Assembly: GCA_024137785.1 (NCBI GenBank)
Contig: JAHRHZ010000012.1
Span: 68,234,101-68,298,100 of the forward strand
Source: Ginglymostoma cirratum
Taxonomy: Eukaryota
Reading direction: 5' to 3'
Length of the DNA stretch: 64,000 bases
Part shown: positions 13,236 to 25,635 of the stretch, in pieces
How positions within the stretch are numbered: position 1 is the first letter of the stretch
Layout of the letters: every line of letters begins with the position of its first letter
Made by a program: the position numbers and the translations under genes
The notes under the pieces: model-generated
Told to the model about the DNA's origin: nothing
The model's database searches: none
The model's input: only the letters and a program-made list of their open reading frames with translations

Positions 13236-13640
13236 ACAACAGTAACAACTTATGCTTAAATGTCCATAATGTTGTAAGACATCCCAAAGCTCTTCATAAA
13301 TGGGGCAGATTAGGCACCAATCAGAAACAGGGGGAAAATTAGGGGGAGGTAATCAGAGCCATTGTCAAAGAAGTAGGATTTGAGAAGGCTGTTAAAGGTG
13401 GAGAACACTGAAGCACAACTGATGGATTTGGAATGAAACTCCCATTGTGATGGCTGAAGGCATTGCCAATGACAGTGAAGTGAGAAGAGCAGAAAGACAT
13501 TGCCAATGATAGTGAAGTGAGAAGAGCAGAAAGACATTGTTGTCTGGATTTTGAAGCACAATGAATGGAAATTTTGATATAGGTGTTTGCATAGCTGGAT
13601 GGAATGAAATAATGAGGCAAGATATTCAAATAATGGTAAA
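13236..13640 (-). mobile_element. L2-type LINE 3' fragment
   Basis: Reverse strand reads ..FSTFNSLLKSYFFD.. then an L2-type tail, similar to 23815-24000. Confidence 0.6.
13461..13539. repeat. 37-bp tandem duplication
   Basis: cattgccaatga(c/t)agtgaagtgagaagagcagaaaga twice (13461-13497, 13498-13534) plus a partial third copy. Confidence 0.95.
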
Positions 13641-13779
13641 AGAAACCGAAGAAAATTTGTGCATTTTATTTGGCACTTTCATGATCACAGCACATCTCAA
13701 AGCATTTTACAGGTGATGAACACTTCTTGAAATGTGGAAAACAGACAGTTTTCATGTCCAGTAACCAAATAAAGGGGAG

Positions 13780-14162
13780 AAATTCATATATATGGCACCT
13801 TTCAGCACCTCAGGAAATTAAAACATAATTTACAATAAATTCAGTAATTTTTGAAATAGTCACTCTAAACAAGGCAGGCATTTGTACAGAGCAAGTCCTA
13901 CAAACAGCAATGAAATGACCAGATAACATATTGTAGTGGTATAGCTTAAGGGTAAATATTAGCCAATACACTGGAAAGAATTCCCCTATTCCACTTTGAA
14001 ATATTGCCAAGGGATCATTTACTTCCAACTGATAGGGGCTCAGTTTAACATTTTATCTGAAAGATAACATCTCTAACCTCCTTAGCACTGAATATATTAT
14101 TAAGTCTCTGAGTGAAACTTGAACTCACAACATTTCTGTTGTGACAGTATAACCACTGAGAA
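13780..14162 (-). mobile_element. DeuSINE (SacSINE1/AmnSINE1-like), old
   Basis: Reverse strand carries the Deu-domain pattern 'gatcccttggcaatatttcaaag..ggggaattctttccagtgtattggctaatattta..ttatctggtcatttcattgctgtttgt'. tRNA-like head near 14110-14162. Confidence 0.75.
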
Positions 14163-14811
14163 ATGGTTGTTCTGATAAAGTTTGGGAAATCACTAGGCTG
14201 GATTCTCTTCTTGGAAGCCCATTTACAAATGTATCCATTTTCTGACTCTCAAACTGTACGTTCCCCACTGATCTAATAAAAGCCTCCATCAACAATACTA
14301 TAACCGATATTGAAAGAATGTATTTTTCTATGTGAAAAGCACAACAATAATTATAAATCTATTAGCTTGTTTCAACATACCAGAAAACACATCAAAGGTA
14401 CAACCTGTTATTACAGTCTCTGAACACTGTCATTCATTCTCAGCTGAATGAGACAAGTACTGTGTTGAAAGCCGTTAATACCTGAAATTCAGCCAAGCAT
14501 TCATAATGATCACAGCTATCAGAATATTAAGTGCAAAGAACAGAATGTGCTCATTACAATTTCAAAGCAGAGTGCCAGTCAATATTTGGAATAGGTGGTT
14601 AGACTTTCTTCAAAGTATCAAAAAGTAGATTTTTAAAAAATTAGCCAGAGTCATTTAAATCACAGTAGAAAAGAAAACAGAACAGGCTGGCAAGATATTT
14701 CATGACTCAGTTCATGACATTTTTATATTTCTTCCATTTGAAATGTACTGTGATGGATATAGACAATGATATAATGTTGATCAATGTTAAGAATCAACCC
14801 GAATTTAAAGA

Positions 14812-14985
14812 GTATATCCCATTGATACCTGTCAATCCTGTCCCTTCTAACAATTTACCCACCACTGATGTGAGGCTCACCGGTCTATAGTTCCCTGGCT
14901 TTTCATTGCCACCTTTTCTAAATAGTGGCACCACATTAGGCAGCCTCCAGTCTTCCAGCACCTCACCTGTGGCTATCCTCACCTG
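14812..14985 (-). mobile_element. CR1 RT fragment
   Basis: ORF 14794-14982(-) GEVLEDWRLPNVVPLFRKG..PGNYRPVSLTSVVGKLLE. Confidence 0.9.
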
Positions 14986-15332
14986 TGAATATTACTGTCT
15001 CAAGTTCAACATGGAGGTTCTTCAGAGCAAGTAAGATCCCTATAAGATACTGCCCATTGTTTTTGTTGGGGGGGGATGGTGCGGGATACTGAAAGCAATG
15101 ATGGTCATGCCCAGGTGCAAGTAAGAGTCAAAGTTAAACTCAATGGTGTCAAAATGCATGCAACATAAAGTGAATAACAGCTGCTGTTAAATCTGTGTCA
15201 GGACAGTGTACTACTCAGTCTTCAAATTTGCCTTCAGGCCAATAGTTCTACCAATATTAAAGCATGAAATCAGTAGCCACATGACAATTCATTTCAGAAT
15301 AGTCAATACCAAGTATAAAAACTCACCCAGAT

Positions 15333-15505
15333 ATAGAACATTGAACATAGAACAATACAGCACAGCACAGGCTCTTCAGCCCACGATGTTGTGCTGACCT
15401 TTTATCCGACTAAGATCAAACTACCCTGCATACCCTACATTATGCCATCATCCATGTGCCTATCCAAGAGTTGCTTAAAAGTCTCTAAAGTATCTGAATT
15501 TACTT
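15333..15505 (-). mobile_element. CR1 3' tail
   Basis: Terminal short repeats (tagaacattgaacatagaaca) followed by the reverse complement of a CR1 3' UTR. Confidence 0.7.
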
Positions 15506-16377
15506 CTTCAGTAAGGATGTAAAGTTTAATCTGATCAAAACAATTCATTATGTGCCATAGTAGGTGAATGTTTTGGAAAATGAATGGCTTTCCAAGATGA
15601 CTGGCAAAAGTGGGAATTCTCCTGAATCCTGTATCATACTCTTAACAGCTAGGGAAGTCAATACTATACAAAGATTGCACCTGATAACTGATAAAATATT
15701 ATTATAACTGTCTGGGAGCTGCAGAGAAAACATGTGTTTTTCTCCAGGATGCAGCTATGTCCAAAGTTAATCAGGATAATCGTACTGGATGGCACTTACT
15801 TACACCCTGTCAGACTTCACTCTTTTGTATTATCACTGCACTCTCAGTATGAGTTCAAGAATAATCATGAACTGCAAAATATTCTAGGGATATTTGGCTG
15901 TTAGTTATTCTAACCCTATAAAGTTCATCAACATTATATTATATTTTTCGTCCTGTTAATAAAATGCTCAGAACCCCAGTGCTCGTGAATATGTGTATGT
16001 GACTTGTAATTAGTTGATAGTATCAACTGCTGCATGTTCTGTGTACAAAGCATGGGGCAAGGTTTGAGGAAAGTATCTGTGACTCTGAAAGTCTTTGCAC
16101 CAGTTTATAAGACAGAAATAAACCTTTTGTCCTACTCTATCAGCACTACTGACTTCATAGACTATCAGACATTAGGTCTCACTAAAAAATTGATTAATCT
16201 TTGTACTACAGTGTAACTTCAATGTCTGCACAGCACCCCTGGAGAAAAGACTTACAGAACTTTTACAGCGTGGGAAGAGCCTTTTGTGTTCGCACAATCT
16301 CTCCAAATGAGTGTGACATTTAATGCCATTTTCCTGCCTCCTTGCTGTAATCCAGCGCATTGTTCCTTTTCAAATAA

Positions 16378-17596
16378 TTCAAATCCTCTCTGGATACAGG
16401 TAAAGTGCCAGAGGACTGGAGGATTGATATCATTGTCCCGTTATTAAAACAGGGAGGAAGGGATACAGCAGGAAATTACAGGCCAGTCAGTCTAACCTTA
16501 ATGGTGGGGAAGTTATTAGAAAGAATTCTGAGTGACAGAATGTATCTGCTGGGAGAGAAATGGATTGATCAGGCAAAAGTCAGCATGGAATTTCTTAAGG
16601 GATGTGGGTACTTGAAAATCTTGATTAGATTTTTTTGAGCAGTGTTGATGAAGGTAATACATTTGATGTGTTCTACATGAACTTTAACAAGGCTATTGAT
16701 AAGTTCCCTTTGGGCGGCTGGCCAAGAAAGTAGGAGCCCATGGGATCAAAGATAAAGTGATATGCTGGATCCAAAGTTAACTGAGAGGAAGGAAGCAGGG
16801 TGTGATCATCGAGGTATCTTTCTGTGACTGGAATTCTGGCTCCATTGGGATCCTGCAGGGCTCAGTGCTGGGGACTTGCTGTTTGTGGTGTAAGTGAATG
16901 CTTTAGACTTAAATGTAGAAGGTATGATTGAGAATGTTCGCGGATAACACAAAAATAGGTGGGATGGTAAATAGTGAGGAGGACAGCTGTAAACTGAAGG
17001 AGGATATCAACAGACAGTTCAGGTATGTAGAGCAGTAGCAAATATAATTCAACCTGGAAAATGCAAGATAAAGAACTTGGGGAGGACCAAAAAAATAAGG
17101 GATTCAACTATGAATGGTTAGATCCTGGAAAGTACTGAAGATCAGAGAGATCCTGATGTGCACATCAACAGATTTGTGAAGGTAGTGAGACAGGTGGATA
17201 AGGTCAAGGTTGAGAGGGGATCTGACAGATATCTACATGATCACAGGGAACATAGAGAGGGTGTGTGGGAAGACACTGTTTTCATTAGTAGATGGGTCAA
17301 CAACCAGGGGCATAGATTAAAGGTAAGAAGCAGGCAGCCAAGAGAACTGTTGTGATTTTTTTTCACTCAGAGGGTGATGAGAAACTGGAAACCACTGCCT
17401 GAAAGGGTGGTTGAGTTAGAAACTCTTGTAAAATTTAAGCAGTGTCTAGATAGTCAGTTGTATTGCCATTGTCTTCCAGCGTTGTAGGCCAAAATCCAGA
17501 AAATGGAATTGGTATAGTCAGTTCTTTTTGTGAATTTGTACAGACACATGGGCTGAATGGTCTCCTTCTGTGGTGTAGACAACTATGACTCTATGA
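16378..17596 (+). mobile_element. CR1 RT-to-3'-end copy nested in an older minus-strand CR1 tail (about 16255-17700)
   Basis: ORF 16405-16638 PEDWRI..GNYRPVSLT; QGSVLG (16856-); FADNTK; ends ctatgactctatga. Confidence 0.9.
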
Positions 17597-19776
17597 GTAT
17601 AGGCTAATTCCATTTCGATTGCCTCAATTGGCTGCACCACACTTTCAGGCAATGCATTTCAAACCTTAATGACCTGCTGCTTGAAAATGTTTTTCTCAGT
17701 GTTTATGTAACATGCGTTTAGGATGCTTGGATGGTTCAGTACATTGCTTCCTTTTCCATTTTAAAAAAAGGCTGTTCATTGGTCCATTAGTTAGTTGATA
17801 CGTTCACTCAAATATTTCATTACTTATGACATTGATTAGTTTGGTTTCCTGCAACGAATCCTACTTTATTGAAGTTGAACCCCAATAATATCCACAAGTG
17901 TTAAATATAGAAAGACACACACTTATTTAGCACTTTTTACAAACTCAGGATGTTACAGCATCCTCCCATAGATTGAACATTTGGCATTTTTTATTTGCTG
18001 TTTTAATAATTTTGGATACTGTAATTGAGTTCTGCTCAAACATGACTGATGGGAATCTCACTGCTCCGTCCTTCTACCTCCTGAGTCTGGAGGAAGAGTC
18101 TTTAGATTCCAAGATAAATTTTCAAACTAATACACCTTACATAACCTCTTATCCTCACTTTTCATCCTCATTTTTGACTTTAAACTTTCCAAGTATTAAA
18201 AGTGACAACATGTCTTATCTTGCTGTCGTGGTCTAGCCTAATGCCACGGGATACTCTATCAGCATGACAAATCATGTTCACATGACATGAATTGGGTCAA
18301 GTCTGTCCCTCCATTATTGTTCCAATTGCATATTTTAATTCACCACTATTGAACATTTATGATTATGTAGCAAATAATACTAGCCTAATTAGTCTAAATT
18401 ATCATAATTGACAGTGATAATTGATTACAAAAATTACAATCTATTCAAACTTTGCTATCTTCCCTGGTGCTTAACACACTTACAGCTGGATGCTTTTTAC
18501 ATGGTTAATTTTACATGGCATTCAATTTACATGGAAATGCTGTGAATTCTGGCTCATATATGACCAGGCAACACAAACAGAATGGAAATGGAACAAGGCA
18601 TAATCTCAGATAGAAAAGAAAGAAGAAAGCATGACCTTACATCAAATAGATGGATAAAATAACTTATGAGAAAAGAAATGCTATGTATGAGGGTAATCCT
18701 TCTATACATCTGTCATTTTAGCACTCCGAATCTGAGTACAGAGATAAAGTTATGTTCTTGCATTTAGTCAGGTTAGGTCTGATCAATCAATCCCAGTGTT
18801 CATAGAGTATGACCATTCTACTCGATAAAATTGCAAAGTAGTTTTTCTTTAAATTGCCCTTTTTCATTTAATTCTCCTTTCAGTTTCAAAATTTACAGAA
18901 GCAAGATTGCACCAGGAAATGTTTCCAGCAGTGTCACTACATGAGGCAAGGGAAAAATGTGATAAAGCACTAATTCTTTTATCAAGCTTTAAATTCCTTT
19001 TGTTGTTCATCTTTGTATTCCTCCGAATCTTATGCTTCCTGGCTAAGTCAAAGTTGCGTTGAATTTTTTGGAGGATTATTCAGTGTGATGCATCGTGAGA
19101 CTTCTCGATTTTTCGTATCAAGTTCACCTCATTAACTACCTACCCCGTGCCATGGCATTTTTCACACCTGTTTTCCCTTCCATCTTCCCATGCACTATTC
19201 CTGAAAGATTTCACCATTCAGCAATATCTGCTGAAACACCAGAATCCATTGTGCCAGCGTAGTCTTGAAAAGGCTGTTACGTACTTAGATGATTGTTGGT
19301 AACTTGGGTTGGTCATCAGCAAATATAGTGGCATAGCAGCATAAGGCCGCAGCTGGCCATGACACGTACCTGATGTGGCTGACACACCCTCACACATAAA
19401 ACCCTATTTTGTCAGCTTCGTTCCTGTTTAACCACCGTGAGACACACTTCACATGTCCATAGCTACATCTCTTCTGAACAACCTCTTAGTCTGCGCTATC
19501 CTGACCAAAATGCCCACTGTAGACTTGCAGGTTGTCATTGTCCAGCAGGGGAACATCATGTACAGGGTAGCAACTAGACAAATACAAAGTGTGAGCTTTT
19601 ATTTACAGAAAGGGAAAAAGGAAAAAAAAGTGAGCACTTTGCCCACACAATACCAACCTGATTGTAGCAATCTGACCAAAATACCTCACAGTTGATGATA
19701 TGCTGTTGTACCCAACTTTCATCTGCTGGAAGGAGGCATCGATGAATTTCTGTCTGGCTCATAGTGCCCATTGCAA

Positions 19777-20845
19777 TGGGGGAGGCGATGGCCTAATGGT
19801 ATCATTGCTAGACATTTAATCCTGAAATTCAGCTAATGTTCTGGGATCCGAGTTCAAATTTGAATTCAATAAAAATATCTTGAATTAAGAATCTTCTGAT
19901 TGTTGTCGATTGTCAGAAAAAAAACACTTGGCTCACAACTGTCTTTCAGGGAAGGAAATCAGTCATCCTCACCTGGTCTAGCCTACATGTGACTCCATAG
20001 CCACAGCGATGTGGTTGATTCTCAAGTGCCCTCTGAAATGGCCCGGCAAGGTACTCAGTTGTGTCAATTGCTATGAAGTCTCAAGAAAGAAATGAAACCA
20101 GACAGACCACCTGGCAAAAACAACGCTGTAAAGTCCTCCTTACTAGTATCTGGGCCGAAAGCTGTCTCTCAGACTAGTCGAGCAATGGCCTGGTGTAGTC
20201 ATACTCACAGAATCATACCTTACTGACAATTTCCCAGCCATCATCATCACCATCACTGGATAAGCCCTGTCCCACCGGCAGGATATACTCAATAGAGGTG
20301 ACAGCACAGAGGTATACAGTCAGGAGGCATTTGCCCTGGGGATCCTCACCACTGAATTCGAACCCAATAAAGTCTCATGGCAATGCTTTAAACATGAGCA
20401 AGTAAGTCTCCTGCTGATTGCCATGTACCATTCTTCCTGGTGAATCAGTAATCCTCCATGTTGAGCAACACTTGGAGGAAGCATTGAGGGTGGTAACAGT
20501 GTAAAAATTACTCTGGAAAGCGGCTTTCAAAGTTTACCACCAAGAGTGGCTCGGCAGTAGTATTACTGATTGAGCTGGTCAGGCCCTAAAGGACACAGCT
20601 GCTAGACTGGGTAGAAGGCAGGTGGTGAGGGAACGAATAAGAGGTAAAAACATACTTGACCTTACCAATCTGCTGGCTACATATGCATCTATCCAAGACC
20701 GTATTGGTAAGAGTGACCAAAGGACAGTGATCATGGAGATGAAGTCCTGCCTTCACTTTGAAAATACCCTCCATCGTGTTGTGTGGAACTATCACTGTGC
20801 TAAGTGGTGCAGACTTCAAACAAATCTAACAACTCAAGACTGGGT
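19777..20845 (+). mobile_element. 5' part of a CR1/L2-group LINE with tRNA-SINE-like 5' UTR and APE endonuclease
   Basis: 19777-20040 matches the SINE at 37890-38180. It is followed by VVILTESYL, SHRQD..RG, LHVEQHLEEALR, RGKNILDL..IGKSDQRTV..HRVVWNY (ORF 20622-20888). Confidence 0.85.
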
Positions 20846-20925
20846 ACACACCAGGTATGCTGAATCAGAATGTGCTGCACGTTGGTGATGAAATGATTAC
20901 AAGGCCAACTTAGATGCACTCGGAC

Positions 20926-21277
20926 CATAGAATCCCTACAATGTTGAAGCAGGCCATTTGGCCCATTGAGTCTGCTCAGACCCTCTGAAGACCATCCTAC
21001 CCGCTACCCCCTACCCTATTCCTGTAACCATGCCTTTCCCATGGCTAACCCACCTATCCTATACATCGCTGCATGCTGTGGGCAATTTAGCATGGCCAAT
21101 TCACTCTAACCTGCACATCTTTGGACTGTGAGAGGAAACCAGAGCACATGGAGGAAACCCATGCAGATATGGGGAGAACGTGCAAACTCCACACAGACAG
21201 TCATCTGAGAGTGGATTTGAACCAGGGTCCCTGGCGTTGTTAGGCAGCAGTGCTAACCACTGAGCCACAGTGCTCCC
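20926..21277 (-). mobile_element. HE1-type V-SINE
   Basis: Full-length reverse-complement match to 9154-9454 and 31642-31985. Confidence 0.9.
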
Positions 21278-22439
21278 AAATAGATGCTTCATGTTTTTGT
21301 TGGTACAATGTCACAACATTCAGCCAATGTAGATTCAGCGTCCTCGCTCATCGAACTGACACTTAGCCTCCCCACCCTGGATGTTGTTCCAGCCATTATT
21401 TTCTAGTAGCACTTCACATCTAGAGAGCATAAATTACAGCTGATGGTGAATGCCAGCTGCACTGGTTCCCCACCTAGAAGCCGGGAGATCTCCCATCCCC
21501 AACCATTGCATACACAACAACCACTTACCCCCACGCCCAGAGCCTGCATGTCTCCTATTACCGTACTCTATCCTGACAGCCCATTTCTGCTCATCATCCC
21601 CAATGTGAAGACCCACCACATTGAGCGTCATCTTCAATTGCTCTCCACGCTCCCTGAACCCCATCATTTCACTTTAAGAATGTCCTTCCTACTCTCCCTG
21701 AGCAGGCCACGCTGATGGTCGCAGTCAATAACTGTCCCACTTTCTATTGTGCCCTCCAATGTCTTTCTCCATTCACTTTGAGATACCTGACATCACTGTC
21801 CTTATCCCCAGTTCTACAACTCCCTCTGCTTTTCCCCCTCAGCCTTGACTTCCCAACTCCTTCCACTCCTCCAGGTTCAGCCATCTTGAAAGAGTGACAG
21901 ACAGGCACCCAGGACTGTTTACACGCCAGATCTCTGACCAACTTTGAAAATCTGAGATTGCTGAGTGGCCAGCCAGTATTACAAAGAGTTGGGATTATGA
22001 TTGCCCTACATTGGCAAACGTTGGATGGCAGTGTCTGGATATGAAGGGCGTGTGTCTGGTGCCCATTGATTATGCCTGAGATGTTATCGCCCTGTGTCCA
22101 GTGTGCAAGTTATTCGGAACAAACCATGAGCTGAATCTGCCAGGTACCTGCCTTGGTTTCCTTGTCAAGTTTTCCCAACCCTGAGCTTGCATGATGGCTT
22201 TGATAAGATGGGAGGCTGACTGTTAATGAGGCAAGGCATTTAAAAAGCATTAATCACCAACATTTACCTCCGTTGCCTAGTGAGATTCCTGCTGAGCCAC
22301 TTGTGAAATCATAAAAGATGGAGCAAGATGACTTTGACATTGACATGGGCCTCATCCTTATTCTCATCCGAATCTGCTACAAATCTTGACACAGCCTACA
22401 TTGCTCAGACCCTTATACAATACCGCTTATTGTTTTTGT

Positions 22440-22785
22440 TGGGCAAACCAGTACCAGAGAAATTCAAAGTCGAAAAGTGTGAAGTGATTCATTTGATATG
22501 AACAATATGGAGAGATAACATAAAATAGATGGAAAAATTTTAAAGGGGGATCAGGAGCAGGTGGAGTTTGGTGTATATGCACACAAGTTATTGAAGGTGT
22601 CAGGACCAGTTGAGAGTACAGTCAGTAAAGTCTAGGGAATCATGTGTTTTGATAATAGGGATAGTATACAGAAGTAAGGATTTTATGTTAAACTTGTATG
22701 AAACTTTAGTTTGGCCTTAGCTGGAGTATTGCATCAAGTTCTGGGTACCACACTTTATAATAAAGATGTGAATCCATTGACATGA
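22440..22785 (+). mobile_element. CR1 post-RT fragment
   Basis: KFKVEKCEVIH.., LYETLVWP*LEYCIKFW motifs. Confidence 0.8.
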
Positions 22786-23409
22786 CTTAAACAGGAAAAA
22801 TGAGCTGATAATGGTGCAGAACTGTTCCACAAACATCGCAAAATCCCAACTCAACCACCAAAATTTGCCTATCGGGACATAAGTAATTCATATCAGATTT
22901 TATCAGTAACAAACAAGTTCTCTAAACTTAATGTGAAGAAAGAGGCAAAAAAGGATTTCTAATCAACTAAAACATGATTTAAACCATACTCCTTCAATCC
23001 ACACACTCACCCTTGATTACTACAAACAATTTGACACAGGTACTACTGACGGTAAAAGAATATAAATGGGATGAACAGAATTCTGAGAATTGCAGGTCCA
23101 ACTTTCAAGTGTAGATTGAATTGTCTCACAGTTTTCTTTTTAACTTTTATCCCTGATGACACACTGTTGTGTGTAGGGTGATGGGTCACTCTTCAGTTCT
23201 ATGGTTGATCAGGTGGACCTAAGATTTTTGTTGTAGAATTATTTCTTTTAAGCTTTCTTGGTTTTTCTGTCCTTGTTCTGCATGGAGAGAAAAGATGGAT
23301 AGAGGGAGAGATGGATGCTTTCTGTTTGCAGACTCTTATTTGCAAAGGAATGATATGCAAGGTTATGAGGAAATTAGCACTGGATGAATTGCTTGCTTGA
23401 AGAGCAAGT

Positions 23410-23640
23410 GCAGACAAGTCAAGCCAAATGCCCCACCTCTTCGACTTGTCTGCCTCCTCTCCACCTATCCTCTCCTCTATCCATCTTCTATCCGCCTCCC
23501 CCTCTCTCCCTATTTATTTCAGAACCCTCTTCCCCTCCCCCATTTCTGATGAAGGGTTTAGGCCCGAAACGTCGAGTTTTCCTGCTCCTATGATGCTGCT
23601 TGACCTGCTGTGTTCATCCAGCCCCATGCTTGTTATCTCG
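23410..23640 (+). mobile_element. Penelope-like family A 3' fragment
   Basis: Near-identical to the reverse complement of 7660-7870 and 27133-27328. 13-nt inverted duplication at the 5' junction (23410-23422 vs 23441-23453). Confidence 0.9.
23543..23576 (+). ncRNA. Minimal type I hammerhead ribozyme motif (PLE family A), core intact
   Basis: ttt CTGATGA A GGGTTTAGGCCC GAAA CGTC gag: CUGAUGA and GAAA boxes, short stem II, palindromic ACGU stem III, GUC triplet. Stem I is only 3 weak pairs. Confidence 0.75.
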
Positions 23641-23814
23641 GCCTCTTCTGTGCTTTGATTTTGTGAATTCGCTTCCACTGCTGTTGTCTCTGCAGCCAAA
23701 TTTAAATCCAATTTTTATTGCTACGTTTTAGCTACTAATCCAACATAAGCACTGTGGAATGGACAACAATTCAGCATGGTGAATAATCCAAATCCTCTTT
23801 ATCGGACAACGAAA

Positions 23815-24680
23815 GATTACTACAACAACAATTTGATTTACATAACACATTTGTGTAATAAAATGTCGCTAAGGTGCTTCACAGGAGTGTTATGAAATGT
23901 GACACTGCAAAATAGGTAATTTTTTTGTGTAGACTCTGAAAGGAGGGAAAAGAAAGGGTGATGGAGAGGTTTAGTGAGTGAATTCCAGAGCCAGAGACTT
24001 TACAGATCAACACTCGATCACATATGGTGCAGAGATTAAAAACCAGGAATGTTCAGCCGGAGGAATGCAAATATCTTGGAGGGTGTCGGACTGCAACTGA
24101 TTATAGGCAGGAGGTGATTTGAAAAGAAGGATGAGAATTTTAAAATTGAAATATTTCTTAAATGGAAAGCCAATGTATTTCAATCAGGACAGGGAATGAT
24201 AGGTGAACAAGACTTAATGTGAGTTTAGGCACAAGAAATTTGGATCACATCAAACCCATGGAGGGAAGAAAGAGGGGGGTCTTTGGCATGCATTGAAATA
24301 GTCACATTTAGAGACAACAAAGGCATTGGTGTGGGTTTTAGAAACCAATGTTTTGAAGCAGGATGGACTCGGGTGATGTTAAGAAGGTGGAAATGGCTAG
24401 TCTTACTGAAATTTGGATATGTGATTTGAAACTCATTTTGTTGTAAGCCATCTAGTTCAACCTTAAACAGTTGCTAGGGAGAAGGATGGAGTTGGTGGCT
24501 AGGGAATTTGTGTTGGGACCAAACAAAATGGCTTCAGTTGTTGGAAAAATTTTCAGCTTATCCAGTACTAGATGTTGGATATGCACTCTGACAATTTAAC
24601 AGGCAGGAGGAAGGGTCAAGAGAGGAGGCATTGATATGAAAATGGACGTCGCCAATGCACATGTGTAAACTAATCCTGTG
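23815..24680 (-). mobile_element. L2-type LINE 3' region, decayed
   Basis: L2-type tail at 23815-23890. Degenerate YADD-region match (reverse strand cacatgtgcattggcgacgtcc) near 24645-24666. Confidence 0.65.
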
Positions 24681-24684
24681 TTTT

Positions 24685-25145
24685 CATAGGAACATAGGAA
24701 TGGGAGTATGTCATTTAGTCCTTCAAGCCTGCTTCGTCATTGATTGAAATCATAACTGATCAGTGATCTAACTCCATATACCTACCTTTGTCCCTACCTA
24801 TTAATATGCTTGGTTAACAAAAAATCTATGAATCTCAAATTTGAAACTTACAATTGACCTAGCATCAGTTGACATTGTGGAGTTTCCAAATGTAGATTTT
24901 CTCCTTTAGCACCCCTGAAAGATCTGACTGTAATTTTAGATGATACCCTTGAGTTCTAGACTCCACGAACAGCAGAAATAGTGGTGCATCCTCTACATTC
25001 CCCTGTAATGTCTTATAAACTTCAATCATATCATTCTTTAACCTTCAAAATTGCAGGAAATGCAACTCTAATTTGTTTATACTCCCCTTATAGTTTAACC
25101 CTTAGAGTCCGGATATCCTGCCAGTAAATCTACAATGGATCCCTC
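24685..25145 (-). mobile_element. CR1 3' fragment
   Basis: Starts with the tail repeat cataggaacataggaa, then CR1 3' UTR and C-terminus on the reverse strand. Confidence 0.75.
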
Positions 25146-25409
25146 TATTAACTCTACTTCTATTTCTTGGTGTCAAATTTTCATTGGTAATCACTCTTAT
25201 GAAGTCCATTGAGGCATTTTCTGCATTAAATGTACTATATAAATACACCAGCTGTTGTTGATATTTACCCATTAATTCTACAAATCCTTTACTTAATTGG
25301 TTAAAGTTTTAAACTGTGTAAAAGTTACTTAAGAAATCAGTAAACCTTACATAAATGTTAACTATTGCTCCGTTTAAAGATAAACACTATTGAGCTGTAT
25401 AATGCAGAT

Positions 25410-25635
25410 TATCTTTCAGCTTTTTTCAGATGGTGAATCTTTGAAATTCTCTACTCCAGAGAGCTGTGGAAAGTCAATCATTGAACATGTTCAAGACAGA
25501 AATTGAGAGATTAATGATGTCAAGGGAAATGGTGATAGTGGGGAAAATGTCATCAAGGTAGATGATTAGCCATTATTGAATGGAAGATCAGGCTTGACAG
25601 ACTGAATTGCTTACTCCTGTGCATATATTCCTATC
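25410..25635 (+). mobile_element. CR1 3' end
   Basis: VNL*NSLLQRAVESQSLNMFKTEIER followed by 3' UTR. Confidence 0.75.

Noticed and set aside
13461-13539. CRISPR-like 37-bp repeat
   Set aside because: Direct tandem duplication without spacers, in vertebrate L2-like DNA.
15726-15800. Second minus-strand FG....L match (FGHSCILEKNT)
   Set aside because: Weak donor (GTTTTC) and no credible heptamer or nonamer; shows that such matches arise by chance.
18884-18950. Candidate plus-strand exon (SKFTEARLHQEMFPAVSLHE) after a good acceptor
   Set aside because: Needs a GC donor; peptide not recognised; no partner exons.
21300-22430. Possible Harbinger-derived region (also about 39950-40800)
   Set aside because: GC-richer and vaguely similar to 63800-64000, but no diagnostic protein motif found.
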